Source: Candidatus Geothermarchaeota archaeon
Lineage (GTDB): Archaea; Thermoproteota; Nitrososphaeria; Geothermarchaeales; JDFR-13
Length of the DNA stretch: 64,000 nucleotides
Assembly (NCBI GenBank): GCA_015523545.1
Contig: WAKB01000010.1
Location: 4,462 to 68,461, forward strand
Direction: 5' to 3'
A model generated the notes under the pieces. The model was not told the DNA's origin and did no database searches. It was given only the letters and a program-made list of their open reading frames with translations. Of this stretch, positions 26,432 to 37,214 are shown in pieces. The stretch's first letter is position 1. Each line of letters starts with the position of its first letter. The translations under genes were made by a program, and so were the position numbers.

Positions 26432-27451
26432 ATGAATCCATGGGAGAAGCTAAAACCACCACAGCCGATGAGGGAGGTGGAGGATACAGCCTTTAAAAGA
26501 GCCTCCCGAGAAGCAAACAAGATACCATACAAGGGGAAGGTGGAGACCGCCCGTAAGAGGGAGAAGACAAGGGTATCCGTACTGGCTAGAACCGTCCTGA
26601 CACATATAAACAGGGCTATAAAAATCCTAGACGCATACTTCGAGGCAGACCCCTTCTACCGAGACCTCATAAACCTATACTTCGACGAGAAGGAGATCAA
26701 GAGGATACATAAACGATTCCTAGGGATAGCCAAAGCCATAGAGGAGATCAGGGATGAATACATCAACAAAATACTCTCGGAGGAAGACCCAGACGAGATG
26801 AAGAAGTGGAGGAGGGTGGGACAAGGGAAGATATCAACCTTCCTACACAGGGCGGCCGAGGACATGGACTACGTGATAAGGCTGTATAAATACGCCAGGA
26901 GACTACCATCGATAGACCCTGATAAACCCACATTCATAGTTGCCGGCCCGCCCAACACCGGCAAATCTACACTAGTAAACACACTATCAACCGCTAAGAC
27001 CAAGACAGCCTCATACCCCTTCACAACCAAGGATATACACGTAGGACATATCGAGGTGGGGCCTGTAAGGGGCCAGATAATAGACACTCCAGGACTCCTA
27101 GACAGGGAGATGAGCGACCGCAACGAGATAGAGCTAAAGGCGATAGCCGCACTCAGAAACCTAGTTGGAGACATCCTATACATCTACGATATATCCAGGG
27201 ATGCCTACTACCCCATAGAGAGGCAGCACAACATCCTAAGAGAGATAATGAAAGCATTCCCAGACAAGAAGATCATCCCAATAGCGAACAAGATGGATAT
27301 GCCACATGAGGAAAACCTGAGGAGAGCCAGTGAGATACATGGGGACAGCCTCATCAAGATATCACTAGCCACTGGCCAGGGAGTAGACAGGCTCAAGAAA
27401 CTGGTGGAGGAGAGGATCCTCAGACACTACCGAGACATCCTTAGCAGATAG
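26432..27451 (+). CDS. Nog1/Obg-family GTP-binding protein (archaeal Nog1-like)
   Basis: GTPase motifs G1 AGPPNTGKSTLVN, G2 FTT, G3 DTPGLL, G4 NKMD. A roughly 150-aa N-terminal helical domain matches the Nog1 family. The start is placed at the internal Met at 26432. Confidence 0.7.
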   Translation: MNPWEKLKPPQPMREVEDTAFKRASREANKIPYKGKVETARKREKTRVSVLARTVLTHINRAIKILDAYFEADPFYRDLINLYFDEKEIKRIHKRFLGIAKAIEEIRDEYINKILSEEDPDEMKKWRRVGQGKISTFLHRAAEDMDYVIRLYKYARRLPSIDPDKPTFIVAGPPNTGKSTLVNTLSTAKTKTASYPFTTKDIHVGHIEVGPVRGQIIDTPGLLDREMSDRNEIELKAIAALRNLVGDILYIYDISRDAYYPIERQHNILREIMKAFPDKKIIPIANKMDMPHEENLRRASEIHGDSLIKISLATGQGVDRLKKLVEERILRHYRDILSR

Positions 27452-28461
27452 GCCCTCCCAAGCCTCACAAGCTCATATTCGAGACCCTCAAAGAAAGTCT
27501 TCGACACATAGAGCGCGGACTCCATATGCCTAGTAAAATCCTCCAAGGAGAACTCACCAGACCCCGCCAGGACGGCCAAGGGTATAGCCATGTCGCCTAG
27601 ATGCCTATCCATAGACGCCCCCGACGTCCACCATCCAAGAAACTGGTTGGCAGCCTCCTCACCCACCCTCTCCGCAGGCTTACCCCTCTCACCCAGGGAG
27701 TCCCCACCATTCATCAAGATACCATCATCACCAAGCACCACTATAGAGGTACCGGGGTCAAGACTGTCACCACACATCTGGTCAAGAACCTCAAGCTCCA
27801 CATCGCCAAGCCTCCCCCTCAGTAGGTTCATAGCAGCTCTCGACTGCCTCTCCAGCACATGCCTAGGCAGTCTACACACCACACTAGATATCAGGACACG
27901 CCTAAGCTCATCCCTCCTAGGCCTATTAATCCTCCTATACTCACCAGGCTCGACAACAATCCTAACCTTCCCACCACCCTTCGGGTAGAAACCCCTCCTC
28001 AAAACCTCTATCCTAGCCTCCACACCCGCGAGGCGGAGTAGTGATGTATATGCATACCTCATATAGTCTATTGGTGGGCTCCACCTAACATCAGTCCCCC
28101 CAATCAACACCAGATCAGAGGTAGAGTCGGCAAGAGCCAGGGCAGGGGCCAACGCCTGGATAATCAGGGAGATACTACCAGCAGTACCAATATTATAGGT
28201 GCCATGGACAGCCTTCACACCTCTAAACATCAGCCTAATCTGGGTAGAGCCGATCGACAAGCCCTCGGCCCTACCACCAAACATGTCAAGCATAATCTTG
28301 AGGAGGGTATAGTGCTGCGGCCTCAGCCCAGGGTTAGGCCTATTAGCACGTATACGCAGGATATGGGTCTCGTCACCAGTCACAAGTGCATAGAGAGCCG
28401 CATACCTGAGGATCTGTCCACCACCCTCCCCATAGGAGCCATCGATAACCCTTAGAGGCAT
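27427..28461 (-). CDS. rtcA: RNA 3'-terminal phosphate cyclase
   Basis: 344 aa with the N-terminal signature IDGSYGEGGGQILRYAALYALVTG and conserved His-containing regions. Confidence 0.85.
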   Translation of the reverse strand: MPLRVIDGSYGEGGGQILRYAALYALVTGDETHILRIRANRPNPGLRPQHYTLLKIMLDMFGGRAEGLSIGSTQIRLMFRGVKAVHGTYNIGTAGSISLIIQALAPALALADSTSDLVLIGGTDVRWSPPIDYMRYAYTSLLRLAGVEARIEVLRRGFYPKGGGKVRIVVEPGEYRRINRPRRDELRRVLISSVVCRLPRHVLERQSRAAMNLLRGRLGDVELEVLDQMCGDSLDPGTSIVVLGDDGILMNGGDSLGERGKPAERVGEEAANQFLGWWTSGASMDRHLGDMAIPLAVLAGSGEFSLEDFTRHMESALYVSKTFFEGLEYELVRLGRAYLLRMSR

Positions 28462-28480
28462 CTCCCCCTAACAACACCCA

Positions 28481-28888
28481 CTACTCTGGACGAACCCTAA
28501 CGATCTTCTTCCTACCCATAAAATCCCAATACTCCACGATCACGCCAGGCTCCATCTTCTCCCTAAGCTCTTCCTCCTCCGGTAGCTGGGCCTCAAACAC
28601 CTCATAGGTCTCAAGATCCATGAGCTGGATTGAGTCTGTCACAGCCACTACCTGGGCCCTACCCTTCTTAATTATGGGGACCTCAACCCTACTATCTACA
28701 GGGCCCACAATGCTACGCTTAACACCGTCGAACAGCCCTATAGCCACCACACGGGCCTGGGCACTACCATGCTTACCCTTCTTACTCTTCGTGATCTCGA
28801 TAACCTTACAGGGCTCACCATCGATAATCACGTAGCTACCACGCTTCAACTCTCCCAGATCCTTGTAGTCAATACTCATGTTAATCAA
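28481..28888 (-). CDS. eif5a: Translation initiation factor 5A (aIF-5A)
   Basis: 135 aa. The hypusine-loop region reads [15 protein letters not shown], with an OB-fold C-terminus. Confidence 0.85.
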   Translation of the reverse strand: MINMSIDYKDLGELKRGSYVIIDGEPCKVIEITKSKKGKHGSAQARVVAIGLFDGVKRSIVGPVDSRVEVPIIKKGRAQVVAVTDSIQLMDLETYEVFEAQLPEEEELREKMEPGVIVEYWDFMGRKKIVRVRPE

Positions 28889-28962
28889 TATTACCCGTCG
28901 GAGGCCTAATAAACCCGGTGTGGAGGATCAGTTAATTCCAAGATATCAATACTTATTAACTG

Positions 28963-29835
28963 ATGACGAAGCCCGTGATACACACCGTAAGTATAATATA
29001 CGGCTCTAGAGACGGGAGGACACACGATATAATAGAGGTCCTGGAGCACCGACTAGAGGATGCGGGTATAGAAATACTAGACATGGTAGACCTAAGCGGG
29101 ATATTCCCCGAGGGCATAATAGATCCTAGGGATATACCCCACCACCTCTTCACAGCCAGGGGAGACATAGCGATAGTTATCGGTGGGGACGGGACAGTAC
29201 TAAGAGCCCTACTAGGCATAAAGGATAAGGAGACACCCCTCCTAACAATAGGCCTAGGCGAGAAGAACTTCATGTCCTCAACCACCCCCTCAAACCTAGA
29301 GAGGCATATCGAAGACCTACTGAAGAACCGGTTCTACATAAGGAAGGAGATGCGACTGGAGGTGGAGATAGGGGGTTTAAAGACACCACCAATACTTAAC
29401 GAGGTCTCATACCACAGCTCCAACATAGGGAAGACGATAAAACCGATCGTACAGCTATACACAAAGGGGAGGGCCCACACCCTATGGAGCGTAAAGTCAG
29501 ACGGAGTATTAGTAGCGACACCTATAGGCTCCACAGCCTATTCCTACGCCGCTGGAGGCCCAGCAGTAGACACCGACCTAGAGGTAATGATAATAACTCC
29601 ACTAACCCCCATCAGCAAGATACCATCCTACGTAGTAAGCACCAGACACACAGTAGTACTGACAGCCGACAAGTCGAGGAGCAACCCAGCAGTGATCCTA
29701 GACGGGCAGATAGCTACAGACGTCGACTGGGACACCCCCGTAAAAGTATATAGATCAGACCTATACGCACAGTTCATAGTATTCAACAAGGACATGAACA
29801 TTACACGGATGGTGAAGGTGGCAAGTGAGAGATGA
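28963..29835 (+). CDS. ppnK: NAD+ kinase
   Basis: 290 aa with GGDGT (IAIVIGGDGTVLRA), NxGxxGFL-like and DGxxxxT regions typical of PpnK/NadK. Confidence 0.85.
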   Translation: MTKPVIHTVSIIYGSRDGRTHDIIEVLEHRLEDAGIEILDMVDLSGIFPEGIIDPRDIPHHLFTARGDIAIVIGGDGTVLRALLGIKDKETPLLTIGLGEKNFMSSTTPSNLERHIEDLLKNRFYIRKEMRLEVEIGGLKTPPILNEVSYHSSNIGKTIKPIVQLYTKGRAHTLWSVKSDGVLVATPIGSTAYSYAAGGPAVDTDLEVMIITPLTPISKIPSYVVSTRHTVVLTADKSRSNPAVILDGQIATDVDWDTPVKVYRSDLYAQFIVFNKDMNITRMVKVASER

Positions 29836-30328
29836 GGAGATCTACATACTAGACACATCAGCACTACTCATAATGCCCATCAAGAAGACGAGGAGAAGGA
29901 TATATATCACAACACCCGAGACAATAGAAGAGATAAAGAGGGACGAGATAAGGAGGGAGGCGATAAGACTTCATATAGAGACTGGCACACTCATCCTAGC
30001 CAAACCCAGTAGGAAACACCTAATAGAAGCTAGGAGAATAGCCAAGGAGCTGGGGGAGGACCAGAGACTATCCAAGGCAGACCTATCCATAATAGGACTA
30101 GCGATAAGATATAGAGAGAACAACCCTATAGTCGTGACAGACGACTACTCCATACAGAACATCCTCAGGAAGATAGGGATAGCCTACGCCAAGGTGAGGA
30201 GAGAGATAAGAAGTGAAGCTACATGGATATACAGATGCAAGGCCTGTGGAAAGACCTTCGAGAGATACATGGAGACGTGTGACGAGTGCGGAGGCGAGAT
30301 TGAAAGGACACGGACCCGTGGAGACTAG
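29825..30328 (+). CDS. nob1: PIN-domain endoribonuclease with C-terminal zinc ribbon (Nob1-like pre-16S rRNA D-site nuclease)
   Basis: 167 aa. The N-terminal PIN reads ILDTSALL...D. The C-terminus carries CKACGKTF...CDECGG, a Cx2C...Cx2C ribbon. The architecture and length match archaeal Nob1. Confidence 0.6.
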   Translation: MRDEEIYILDTSALLIMPIKKTRRRIYITTPETIEEIKRDEIRREAIRLHIETGTLILAKPSRKHLIEARRIAKELGEDQRLSKADLSIIGLAIRYRENNPIVVTDDYSIQNILRKIGIAYAKVRREIRSEATWIYRCKACGKTFERYMETCDECGGEIERTRTRGD

Positions 30329-30403
30329 CCGAATACTTTCACCCAACACATAACCTAACATAAATTTCCATACCCAGCAAGGATTGATTGGAGGAATGGG
30401 AGG

Positions 30404-31606
30404 ATGGGAATATTCAAGAATAGGGACGCCCTAGCCCCCAGCTACATCCCACCCGAGATACCCCATAGACAGGACAAGCTGGAGGAGTTAATGTCATACT
30501 TCAAGCCAGTCATAGAGAATAAACAGGACTTTGAACATGTATTCATAGTAGGAAATACTGGTACTGGTAAGACACTGGTGGCCAGACACCTCGAGAAGAA
30601 CATCCTGAAGTATAAGAACAGCCACTACATAGACGTGATCTACGTAAACGCTAGATTCGAACGTATACCCGGCAACATAGTTAGGAGGATGATGAGATGG
30701 GCCAACCCCATGGCCCCCCTAAGAGGATACTCCGTGGAAGACATGTATAGATACTTCCTAACATTCCTCTCAAACAGCCAGTGGAGAGTCCTACTCATAC
30801 TGGACGACGCCGACCACCTATTCGAGAAGCATATGGTATTCATCTACCAGTTAGGCAGGGTATACGAGGCTGGCATACGCGGAAAACTATCCATCCTCTT
30901 CATAGTCAGGAGCGTGGCCAGCATAAACAAGAGCAACCCATGGGCACTGGGAGGGATAAGGAAGAACATAGTCCACTTCGAAGACTATACCTATGAGGAG
31001 CTGGTCGACATACTCGAGTACAGAGCTAGACAGGCCTTCCACGACGGTGCAATAACCTACGAAGCAATAGAGACGGCCGCCGACATAGCATCTACATATA
31101 ACTTCAACGCTAGATACGCCATCGAACTACTCCTAAAGGCGGGTATGATAGCTGAGAAGAACGGCGAAGACACCGTGAGGCCCGAGCATATAAGGAGGGC
31201 CAGACTGGAGGTCCCCCCATCATTCACCTACGACGAGCTGGAGTCCCTAACCCTCCAGGAGAAGATACTGGTATACTCCCTAGCAGAGATACTGAGCGAG
31301 GGAAACAAGTCATTCGCAACCACCGGTGAGCTAGAGAGGAAATATAGGGAGAATGCACGCAGCTTCGGGGTCGAGCCCGTAGGCCACACATGGTTCTGGA
31401 AGATGCTCAATACCCTAGCGGCCTTCGGAATAATATCCAAGAGACTCTCATCAAAGAAGTTCAAAGGCAGGACTACCCTGACCACACTCCCCATGAATGA
31501 CGATAGGGTAGGCCTCCCCTCATTCTCCGCGGAGATACTGATGGAGAGGCTGAAGGAGATGATCGAGAATGAGGGTCTACAGGAACCCAAGCGACAGGCC
31601 GAGTAG
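30404..31606 (+). CDS. cdc6: Orc1/Cdc6 replication initiator
   Basis: 400 aa. The N-terminus reads MGIFKNRDALAPSYIPPEIPHRQDKLEEL. The AAA+ Walker A is FIVGNTGTGKT and Walker B is LLILDDADHL, followed by a C-terminal winged helix. Confidence 0.9.
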   Translation: MGIFKNRDALAPSYIPPEIPHRQDKLEELMSYFKPVIENKQDFEHVFIVGNTGTGKTLVARHLEKNILKYKNSHYIDVIYVNARFERIPGNIVRRMMRWANPMAPLRGYSVEDMYRYFLTFLSNSQWRVLLILDDADHLFEKHMVFIYQLGRVYEAGIRGKLSILFIVRSVASINKSNPWALGGIRKNIVHFEDYTYEELVDILEYRARQAFHDGAITYEAIETAADIASTYNFNARYAIELLLKAGMIAEKNGEDTVRPEHIRRARLEVPPSFTYDELESLTLQEKILVYSLAEILSEGNKSFATTGELERKYRENARSFGVEPVGHTWFWKMLNTLAAFGIISKRLSSKKFKGRTTLTTLPMNDDRVGLPSFSAEILMERLKEMIENEGLQEPKRQAE

Positions 31607-31883
31607 ATGGATAAGGAGCAGGATAGACCTAGAGATACTGGAGGAGATAGTCCTAAACGACTTCATGACGGCCACACAGCTGAAGAACAGGCTAGACACC
31701 TCGTATAAGACTGTTGCAGAAGCACTCTCGAGACTCGTCTCAAACAATATACTGATGGAGGTGGAGATAGGGAGGCTAAGGATATACACCCTCAACCCAT
31801 TCAGTAGGAGGGCTACACACATAAAGAAGTTCATAGAGGAGTGGATAGAGCTACCCCTTGAACACCCGCTTCCTCACGGATAG
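31569..31883 (+). CDS. Small winged-helix DNA-binding protein (MarR/TrmB-like)
   Basis: About 100 aa with an HTH (MTATQLKNRLDTSYKTVAEALSRLVSNNILMEV). It overlaps the 3' end of cdc6. The start is uncertain and may be a non-ATG codon. Confidence 0.45.
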   Translation: MRVYRNPSDRPSRWIRSRIDLEILEEIVLNDFMTATQLKNRLDTSYKTVAEALSRLVSNNILMEVEIGRLRIYTLNPFSRRATHIKKFIEEWIELPLEHPLPHG

Positions 31884-32207
31884 CCGATACTTATCAACCA
31901 CGTCCTCCGAATAGGTACATTCCCTACATAGACAGAGGTTCACATCTTTACGGCAGACATCGGTGTATTCACACTCCTCACAATCAACGTCACGGCCACA
32001 TATGGTGCATGTAACCATGGGGAGCAGGACGAGGCCCAGACGAATCAGGATCTTATTCAGGTTAGACAGTGCATAGTAATCCCTAACCGTGAAGCCTGCA
32101 CCCCTGACATAGTCTACCCCATCGATCCTAACCACATCCTTGAACAAATCTCCAAGCCGCCTAGGAATCCGGAAAGGCTCCCCATACTTTATCTTCATCA
32201 CCTGCAT
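31851..32207 (-). CDS. Cysteine-rich hypothetical protein (putative Zn-binding)
   Basis: 118 aa with 8 Cys within 33 residues (CTICGRDVDCEECEYTDVCRKDVNLCLCREC). It is encoded between the wHTH gene and rfcL. No family recognised. Confidence 0.4.
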   Translation of the reverse strand: MQVMKIKYGEPFRIPRRLGDLFKDVVRIDGVDYVRGAGFTVRDYYALSNLNKILIRLGLVLLPMVTCTICGRDVDCEECEYTDVCRKDVNLCLCRECTYSEDVVDKYRLSVRKRVFKG

Positions 32208-32211
32208 ATCC

Positions 32212-33396
32212 CTACACCCTCAGCCCAAAGGATCTAGAGACCCATTCATAAAGCTTCTTAAACTGGTTCCTATGTAGTAGGGCTGCAGGGGCCAAGGTAC
32301 CTACGAGGAACTTCCTCCTAGACTCGTGGAGCCTCCTTCCAAGCTCCTCCAACAAGGCGTCCAGCTCCTCCCTAACAGCCCTGTTGGACACGAAGAGATA
32401 GAACCTATACTCAGGGATCCTACCGTCATAGACAGCCCCCCACTTATTGGCCTGATAGACTATCCACGAGAGGAGATGGGGGATATACCTCATGTAGAAA
32501 TACATCCGCTCCCGCTCCATTCTCCCTATCATGGTATCTACAAGCGAGACTACCCCAAGTAGAGAGAGCCTCCTATCATCCTTCATGACGGGAGACCTAG
32601 CTATGATATCGAAATAGGTATATAGCACATCCTTCCAGTGCTGGGGATTAGCCTCAATCAATGCCCTTATCTCTTGTAGAGAGATAGAGGAGGAGATCCT
32701 CTGGAGCAGCATATTTATCGGCAGGTTCTCCATAGGATTGGCCAGAGCCTCCACATCACCCCCCATACTAAGGGAGTATAGCATGTTGATAGCCATCCTA
32801 GCATCACCCCTAGCCCTCTCAGCTATCTTGACTAGATCCTCCCTCCCCACCGATAGGCCCTCCTCCCTAACAATCCTACTAAGCACAACAATGATCTGCC
32901 TTGGTGTCAGACTCCTGAACTCCACCACTTCAAAGGACTGGAGCAGCTGCTTATGCCTAACCGGGTCGATGAAGTTTGCAGCAGCCACGACTGGAAACTC
33001 TTTCTTAGAGGCTATCTCAAGAACAGCGGAGAGGCCCCCCGTATCCTCCCTAGGATCGAGGCCATCGATCTCGTCGAAGAAGACTAGGGGGCGCATAGCC
33101 CTACCCCAGAAATAGGCATCTAGGGTACGCCCCCTAGACAGGCCACCCACAGCCTTCTGTATCCTATCCGCACTCCTCACATCACTAGCGTTAAGCTCTA
33201 TGACGTGATACCCAAGGTCATTCGCAGCTGCATATACACTAGCAGTCTTACCCACCCCGGCCGGTCCATAGAGCAGGATACCGTGCTTAGGATACTTATC
33301 CCAATTCCTTAGATAGTTCACCAGCCTCTCCTTAGCCTCCTCATTCCCGACCACATCGACTAGGCTCCTAGGTCTAAACTTTTCAGTCCAGTTCAT
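32212..33396 (-). CDS. rfcL: Replication factor C large subunit
   Basis: 394 aa. The AAA+ motifs read [11 protein letters not shown]...[14 protein letters not shown], with ELNASD and an arginine-finger region. It overlaps rfcS by 4 nt. Confidence 0.85.
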   Translation of the reverse strand: MNWTEKFRPRSLVDVVGNEEAKERLVNYLRNWDKYPKHGILLYGPAGVGKTASVYAAANDLGYHVIELNASDVRSADRIQKAVGGLSRGRTLDAYFWGRAMRPLVFFDEIDGLDPREDTGGLSAVLEIASKKEFPVVAAANFIDPVRHKQLLQSFEVVEFRSLTPRQIIVVLSRIVREEGLSVGREDLVKIAERARGDARMAINMLYSLSMGGDVEALANPMENLPINMLLQRISSSISLQEIRALIEANPQHWKDVLYTYFDIIARSPVMKDDRRLSLLGVVSLVDTMIGRMERERMYFYMRYIPHLLSWIVYQANKWGAVYDGRIPEYRFYLFVSNRAVREELDALLEELGRRLHESRRKFLVGTLAPAALLHRNQFKKLYEWVSRSFGLRV

Positions 33397-34370
33397 CCCT
33401 CACCACGCATCGATGAGGTTATCCTGGCAACCAGAGCAACAAGCTGTATCTCAGGATTGGAGCTGAACTGTATACGATACTCAGTCTCTGCCATAGCCTC
33501 AGCTATCTCCGGGGTCAAGAGGTTCCTAGAGACCATCTCCGAGTAGAGGAGGCGCAGAACCTCACCAGCATCCAGTCCTGAGACGCTCATAAAGTCGTAT
33601 AGAGTAGCCCTGGCATTGTTGAAGTCCCCCATCCTCATGTAATCCACTATCCTCGACACCGCCTCAGGAGAGGCCGTACCAACAATCCTCTCGACAACAT
33701 CGGGGGTAGGCCTACCACCACTAACAGTCGCCGCGGACTGGAGAAGGTTAATCGCCTTCCTAAGATCCCCCATAGACACGTTATAGATCTTCCTAATCAG
33801 ATCCTCGCTACACTCGACACCCTCCCTGGAACAGATCATCATTAGATATGACTTAGCATCCTCATAGCTAAGCCTCTTAAACCTGAAAATAGCAGTCCTA
33901 CTCTGGATAGGGGATATTATCCTGTTTAGATAGTTACAGATCAGGATGAACCTGGTAACCCTAGCATTAACCTCCATAATCCTCCTAAGAGCTGTCTGGG
34001 CCTCAGCGGTCATCATATCAGCCTCGTCAAGGATAACCAGTTTGAACGGGGCCTCCTCGGAGGGCGAGAAGTACTGGGCAAATACCTTGACCTTCTCCCT
34101 AATCACATTTATCCCACGCTCATCACTCGCGTTAAGCTCCAGGACATACTCCCTCCAATGATCACCATAAAGCTCCCTGGCAAAGGCTAGGGCCACCGTC
34201 GTCTTACCAGTACCCGGGGGCCCCGCAAACAGTAGGTGCGGCATATCAGACACATTACTCGACAATAAATTCTTCAGACCCTCTACAACCTCCTCCTGAT
34301 TAACAACCTCATCCAGTGTCTTCGGCCTATACTTCTCTATCCACAGCATGCTACCAGTGGGGGATGACAC
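33393..34370 (-). CDS. rfcS: Replication factor C small subunit
   Basis: 325 aa with [33 protein letters not shown]-type motifs. No intein. Confidence 0.9.
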   Translation of the reverse strand: MSSPTGSMLWIEKYRPKTLDEVVNQEEVVEGLKNLLSSNVSDMPHLLFAGPPGTGKTTVALAFARELYGDHWREYVLELNASDERGINVIREKVKVFAQYFSPSEEAPFKLVILDEADMMTAEAQTALRRIMEVNARVTRFILICNYLNRIISPIQSRTAIFRFKRLSYEDAKSYLMMICSREGVECSEDLIRKIYNVSMGDLRKAINLLQSAATVSGGRPTPDVVERIVGTASPEAVSRIVDYMRMGDFNNARATLYDFMSVSGLDAGEVLRLLYSEMVSRNLLTPEIAEAMAETEYRIQFSSNPEIQLVALVARITSSMRGEG

Positions 34371-34465
34371 CTACACCACCTCTACACTATTTTTGCGGAT
34401 ATATTGGAATTAAAGGCCCTGAACGGTTAATCAGTTAGGATAATCCCAATAAGTCTTGGGGTCTA

Positions 34466-35020
34466 ATGATGGGGCTGGAGGAGGATATAAAGATACTCCT
34501 CAACCTATCAACACTCGTGGGTAACAAGTCGGTTGAGATCGTCTTCGTAAGAAGCATAAACAGGCTAGACATAGGGGGAGAAGTCATAGAGGACAAGGTC
34601 AAAGGATCCTCCATGAAGACAACCCTAAAAACTGCTATGGAACTAATCGAGAAGGGATACGCAACAATACCCGACGAATACATCACGTGGGTAAAGAAGA
34701 TAATATGGAAGGAGAAATCTAGGGAGACTAGAAGGACGCTTCCAAAGGAGGAGGACAGCTTCTACCCAAAGATCGCCCTCATAATCTACGCCATTAAACA
34801 CGACAGAAATCTCGAGCTGGATGAGAACACCAAGCTATCCATAACAAACCAGGTTAGGCACATCGTTTCGAGGAGGCTACAGCTGATAATCTCAGAGGCC
34901 TTCGCAAAGATAGACCACCTAGTTAGCAACATGACTCCCGAGGAACACCTACTCGCAAGAATCATCAACAATGTGATAACAGAGTGGCGTGAAGGCGTCT
35001 ATATCAACGAGCTCCTGTAG
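34466..35020 (+). CDS. Putative GINS subunit (Gins23-like), assigned mainly by context
   Basis: 184-aa helical protein immediately upstream of mcm on the same strand, as in the Sulfolobus gins23-mcm operon. There is no strong motif evidence. Confidence 0.35.
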   Translation: MMGLEEDIKILLNLSTLVGNKSVEIVFVRSINRLDIGGEVIEDKVKGSSMKTTLKTAMELIEKGYATIPDEYITWVKKIIWKEKSRETRRTLPKEEDSFYPKIALIIYAIKHDRNLELDENTKLSITNQVRHIVSRRLQLIISEAFAKIDHLVSNMTPEEHLLARIINNVITEWREGVYINELL

Positions 35021-35088
35021 CCAGAGCAATATTTTCACCCGACCCATACGAGTAAAATAGACATATAATCCAAGATGATTAGTGGAGC

Positions 35089-37191
35089 ATGAGTGATGAG
35101 AGGATAGATACTAGGGAGGAGAAGGTAACCGAGCTATACCACTTCTTCCTGAACTATGTAGATCCGGCCACAAAGGAGTATAAGTATAAGGATAGACTCC
35201 ATGAACTCCCAAGCCAGCCGAGAAGATTCAAGATCCTCAGGGTGGACTTCGACGACCTAGTCATAAGCCTACCCGAAATAGCTATGGAGTTATCTAGAGA
35301 CCCTAGAACCGTGATCGAATACATGCAGGAAGCAGCCTATGAAGCCTTGGCCAACATTAGACCCCTAGACGCCGAGGCAATGAGTAGGGACGAGATACAC
35401 ATAGCCATAGTAGGCGAGAACGCGGGAACAGAACTCAGGATAAGGGACATCTCATCGGCATATGTAGGGAGGCTCATCACGATTAGCGGCCTCCTAGTAA
35501 AGCTAAGCCAGGTATATCTCAAGCTACACAAAGTCGTATATGTATGTACAAACGCGGACTGCAACTATGAACTCGAGATAGAGGCCCGATCCATAGGGGA
35601 GGAGCCGGGGCCACCGCCAAAGGAATGCCCAATATGCGAGAAGAAGAACACCTTCAGGATAGACCCTAGGAGAACAATATATAAGGACGTACAGTTCGCA
35701 AGGATCCAAGAGAAGCCTGAGGAACTCCCACCAGGCCAGATACCCAGGTTCATAGACATCGTGCTCGAGGAGCCCCTGATAGATGTAGCCTACCCAGGCG
35801 AGTATGTGAGGGTAGTGGGGATCCTCGACATTGACAGGATTAAGAGCAGAGAGGCCAGGTATCAGTTCCGCCTAGTAGCCCTCAGTATGGAGAGCCTAGG
35901 TAAGGAGAACGTGGAGACGAAGCTCACGAAGAAGGATATCGAGATGCTTAAGGAGATGAGTAAATCCCCCGACTTCTACGACAAGATACTGCGGAGCTTC
36001 TCACCAAGCATATATGGACATAGACATGTGAAGGAGGCCCTGCTACTAGCCATAATAGGTGCTGACGACAAGGTCCTCCCAGATGGAAACAGAATAAGGG
36101 GTAGGATACACGTACTCCTAGTAGGAGACCCAGGAGTAGCGAAGAGCCAACTACTGAAATACGCGGTTCAGATAGCCCCTAAGGGGATATACACCAGTGG
36201 AAGGGGATCAACAGCAGCCGGGCTCACCGCAGCAGTAATCAAAGACCCTGGAGGAGGGATGAGCCTAGAGGCGGGTGCCGTAGTATTGGCTGACATGGGG
36301 ATATGTGCAATAGACGAGATAGACAAGATGAGGAATGAGGATAGGGTGGCTATCCACGAGGCCATGGAGCAGCTTACGGTCTCCGTATCTAAAGGTGGAA
36401 TAATAGCTACGCTGAACGCCAGAACCACGATAATAGCGGCTGCCAACCCCAAGGGTGGACGCTACAACCCACACCTATACTTCACCGACAACGTCAACCT
36501 ACCCCCCACACTGATCTCAAGGTTTGACATAATACACCTCATGAGGGACATACCAGACCCCAAGGCGGATGAGGAGCTTATAGACCACATAATCATGGCT
36601 AGGGAGGGGGAGAAAGTCTATGAAGACACCTTCAGCCCAGACTTCCTAAAGAAGTATATCCTCTACGCAAAACGACTAAAACCCGTCTTCACAGAGGAGG
36701 CATACGCAAAGCTCAAGGAATTCTTCCTAAGCAGGAGGAAGAAGTATGATCCAGACACAGGGACGATGCCCATAACCAATAGGCAGTTCGAGGCCCTCAT
36801 AAGGATAGCAGAAGCCTCTGCAAAGGCCCATCTAAGAGAAGTAGTCACGGTGGAGGACGCGGAGATAGCGATAAACCAGCTGAACAAGTTCCTAAGGGAG
36901 GTAGCCTTCGACGAGGAGAGTCAGGAGGTAGACGTCACATCCATCCTAGTCGGCCAGAGCAAGAAGGTCTCCAAGGTCCATACAGTACTAGATATAATAA
37001 GTGAGATGCAGGACGAGGTGGATGGAAACCCAGTACCAATTGAAGAGGTGATCAAGAGGGTGGTGGAGAAGACCAGGCTGAAGGATCCCGACGAGATAGC
37101 TAGGCTACTCGACAAGATGCATGACCAAGGCCTAGTAACATATCCACAGCCAGGGCTGGTATCAATAGTCGGGAAGAGGAGGAAGAAGTAG
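35089..37191 (+). CDS. mcm: MCM replicative helicase
   Basis: 700 aa with an N-terminal Zn finger CPICEKKNTF...C. The Walker A is VLLVGDPGVAKSQLLK, Walker B is CAIDEIDKM and the arginine finger is SRFD. A C-terminal wHTH is present. No intein. Confidence 0.95.
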   Translation: MSDERIDTREEKVTELYHFFLNYVDPATKEYKYKDRLHELPSQPRRFKILRVDFDDLVISLPEIAMELSRDPRTVIEYMQEAAYEALANIRPLDAEAMSRDEIHIAIVGENAGTELRIRDISSAYVGRLITISGLLVKLSQVYLKLHKVVYVCTNADCNYELEIEARSIGEEPGPPPKECPICEKKNTFRIDPRRTIYKDVQFARIQEKPEELPPGQIPRFIDIVLEEPLIDVAYPGEYVRVVGILDIDRIKSREARYQFRLVALSMESLGKENVETKLTKKDIEMLKEMSKSPDFYDKILRSFSPSIYGHRHVKEALLLAIIGADDKVLPDGNRIRGRIHVLLVGDPGVAKSQLLKYAVQIAPKGIYTSGRGSTAAGLTAAVIKDPGGGMSLEAGAVVLADMGICAIDEIDKMRNEDRVAIHEAMEQLTVSVSKGGIIATLNARTTIIAAANPKGGRYNPHLYFTDNVNLPPTLISRFDIIHLMRDIPDPKADEELIDHIIMAREGEKVYEDTFSPDFLKKYILYAKRLKPVFTEEAYAKLKEFFLSRRKKYDPDTGTMPITNRQFEALIRIAEASAKAHLREVVTVEDAEIAINQLNKFLREVAFDEESQEVDVTSILVGQSKKVSKVHTVLDIISEMQDEVDGNPVPIEEVIKRVVEKTRLKDPDEIARLLDKMHDQGLVTYPQPGLVSIVGKRRKK

Positions 37192-37214
37192 GATAGATGA
37201 GATGAGGTGTAGAG

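Noticed and set aside
30329-30403. Possible origin recognition boxes upstream of cdc6
   Set aside because: Only one weak TTCCA..GGA-like element was seen in a 75-bp spacer. There are no inverted ORB pairs and no flanking AT-rich unwinding element.
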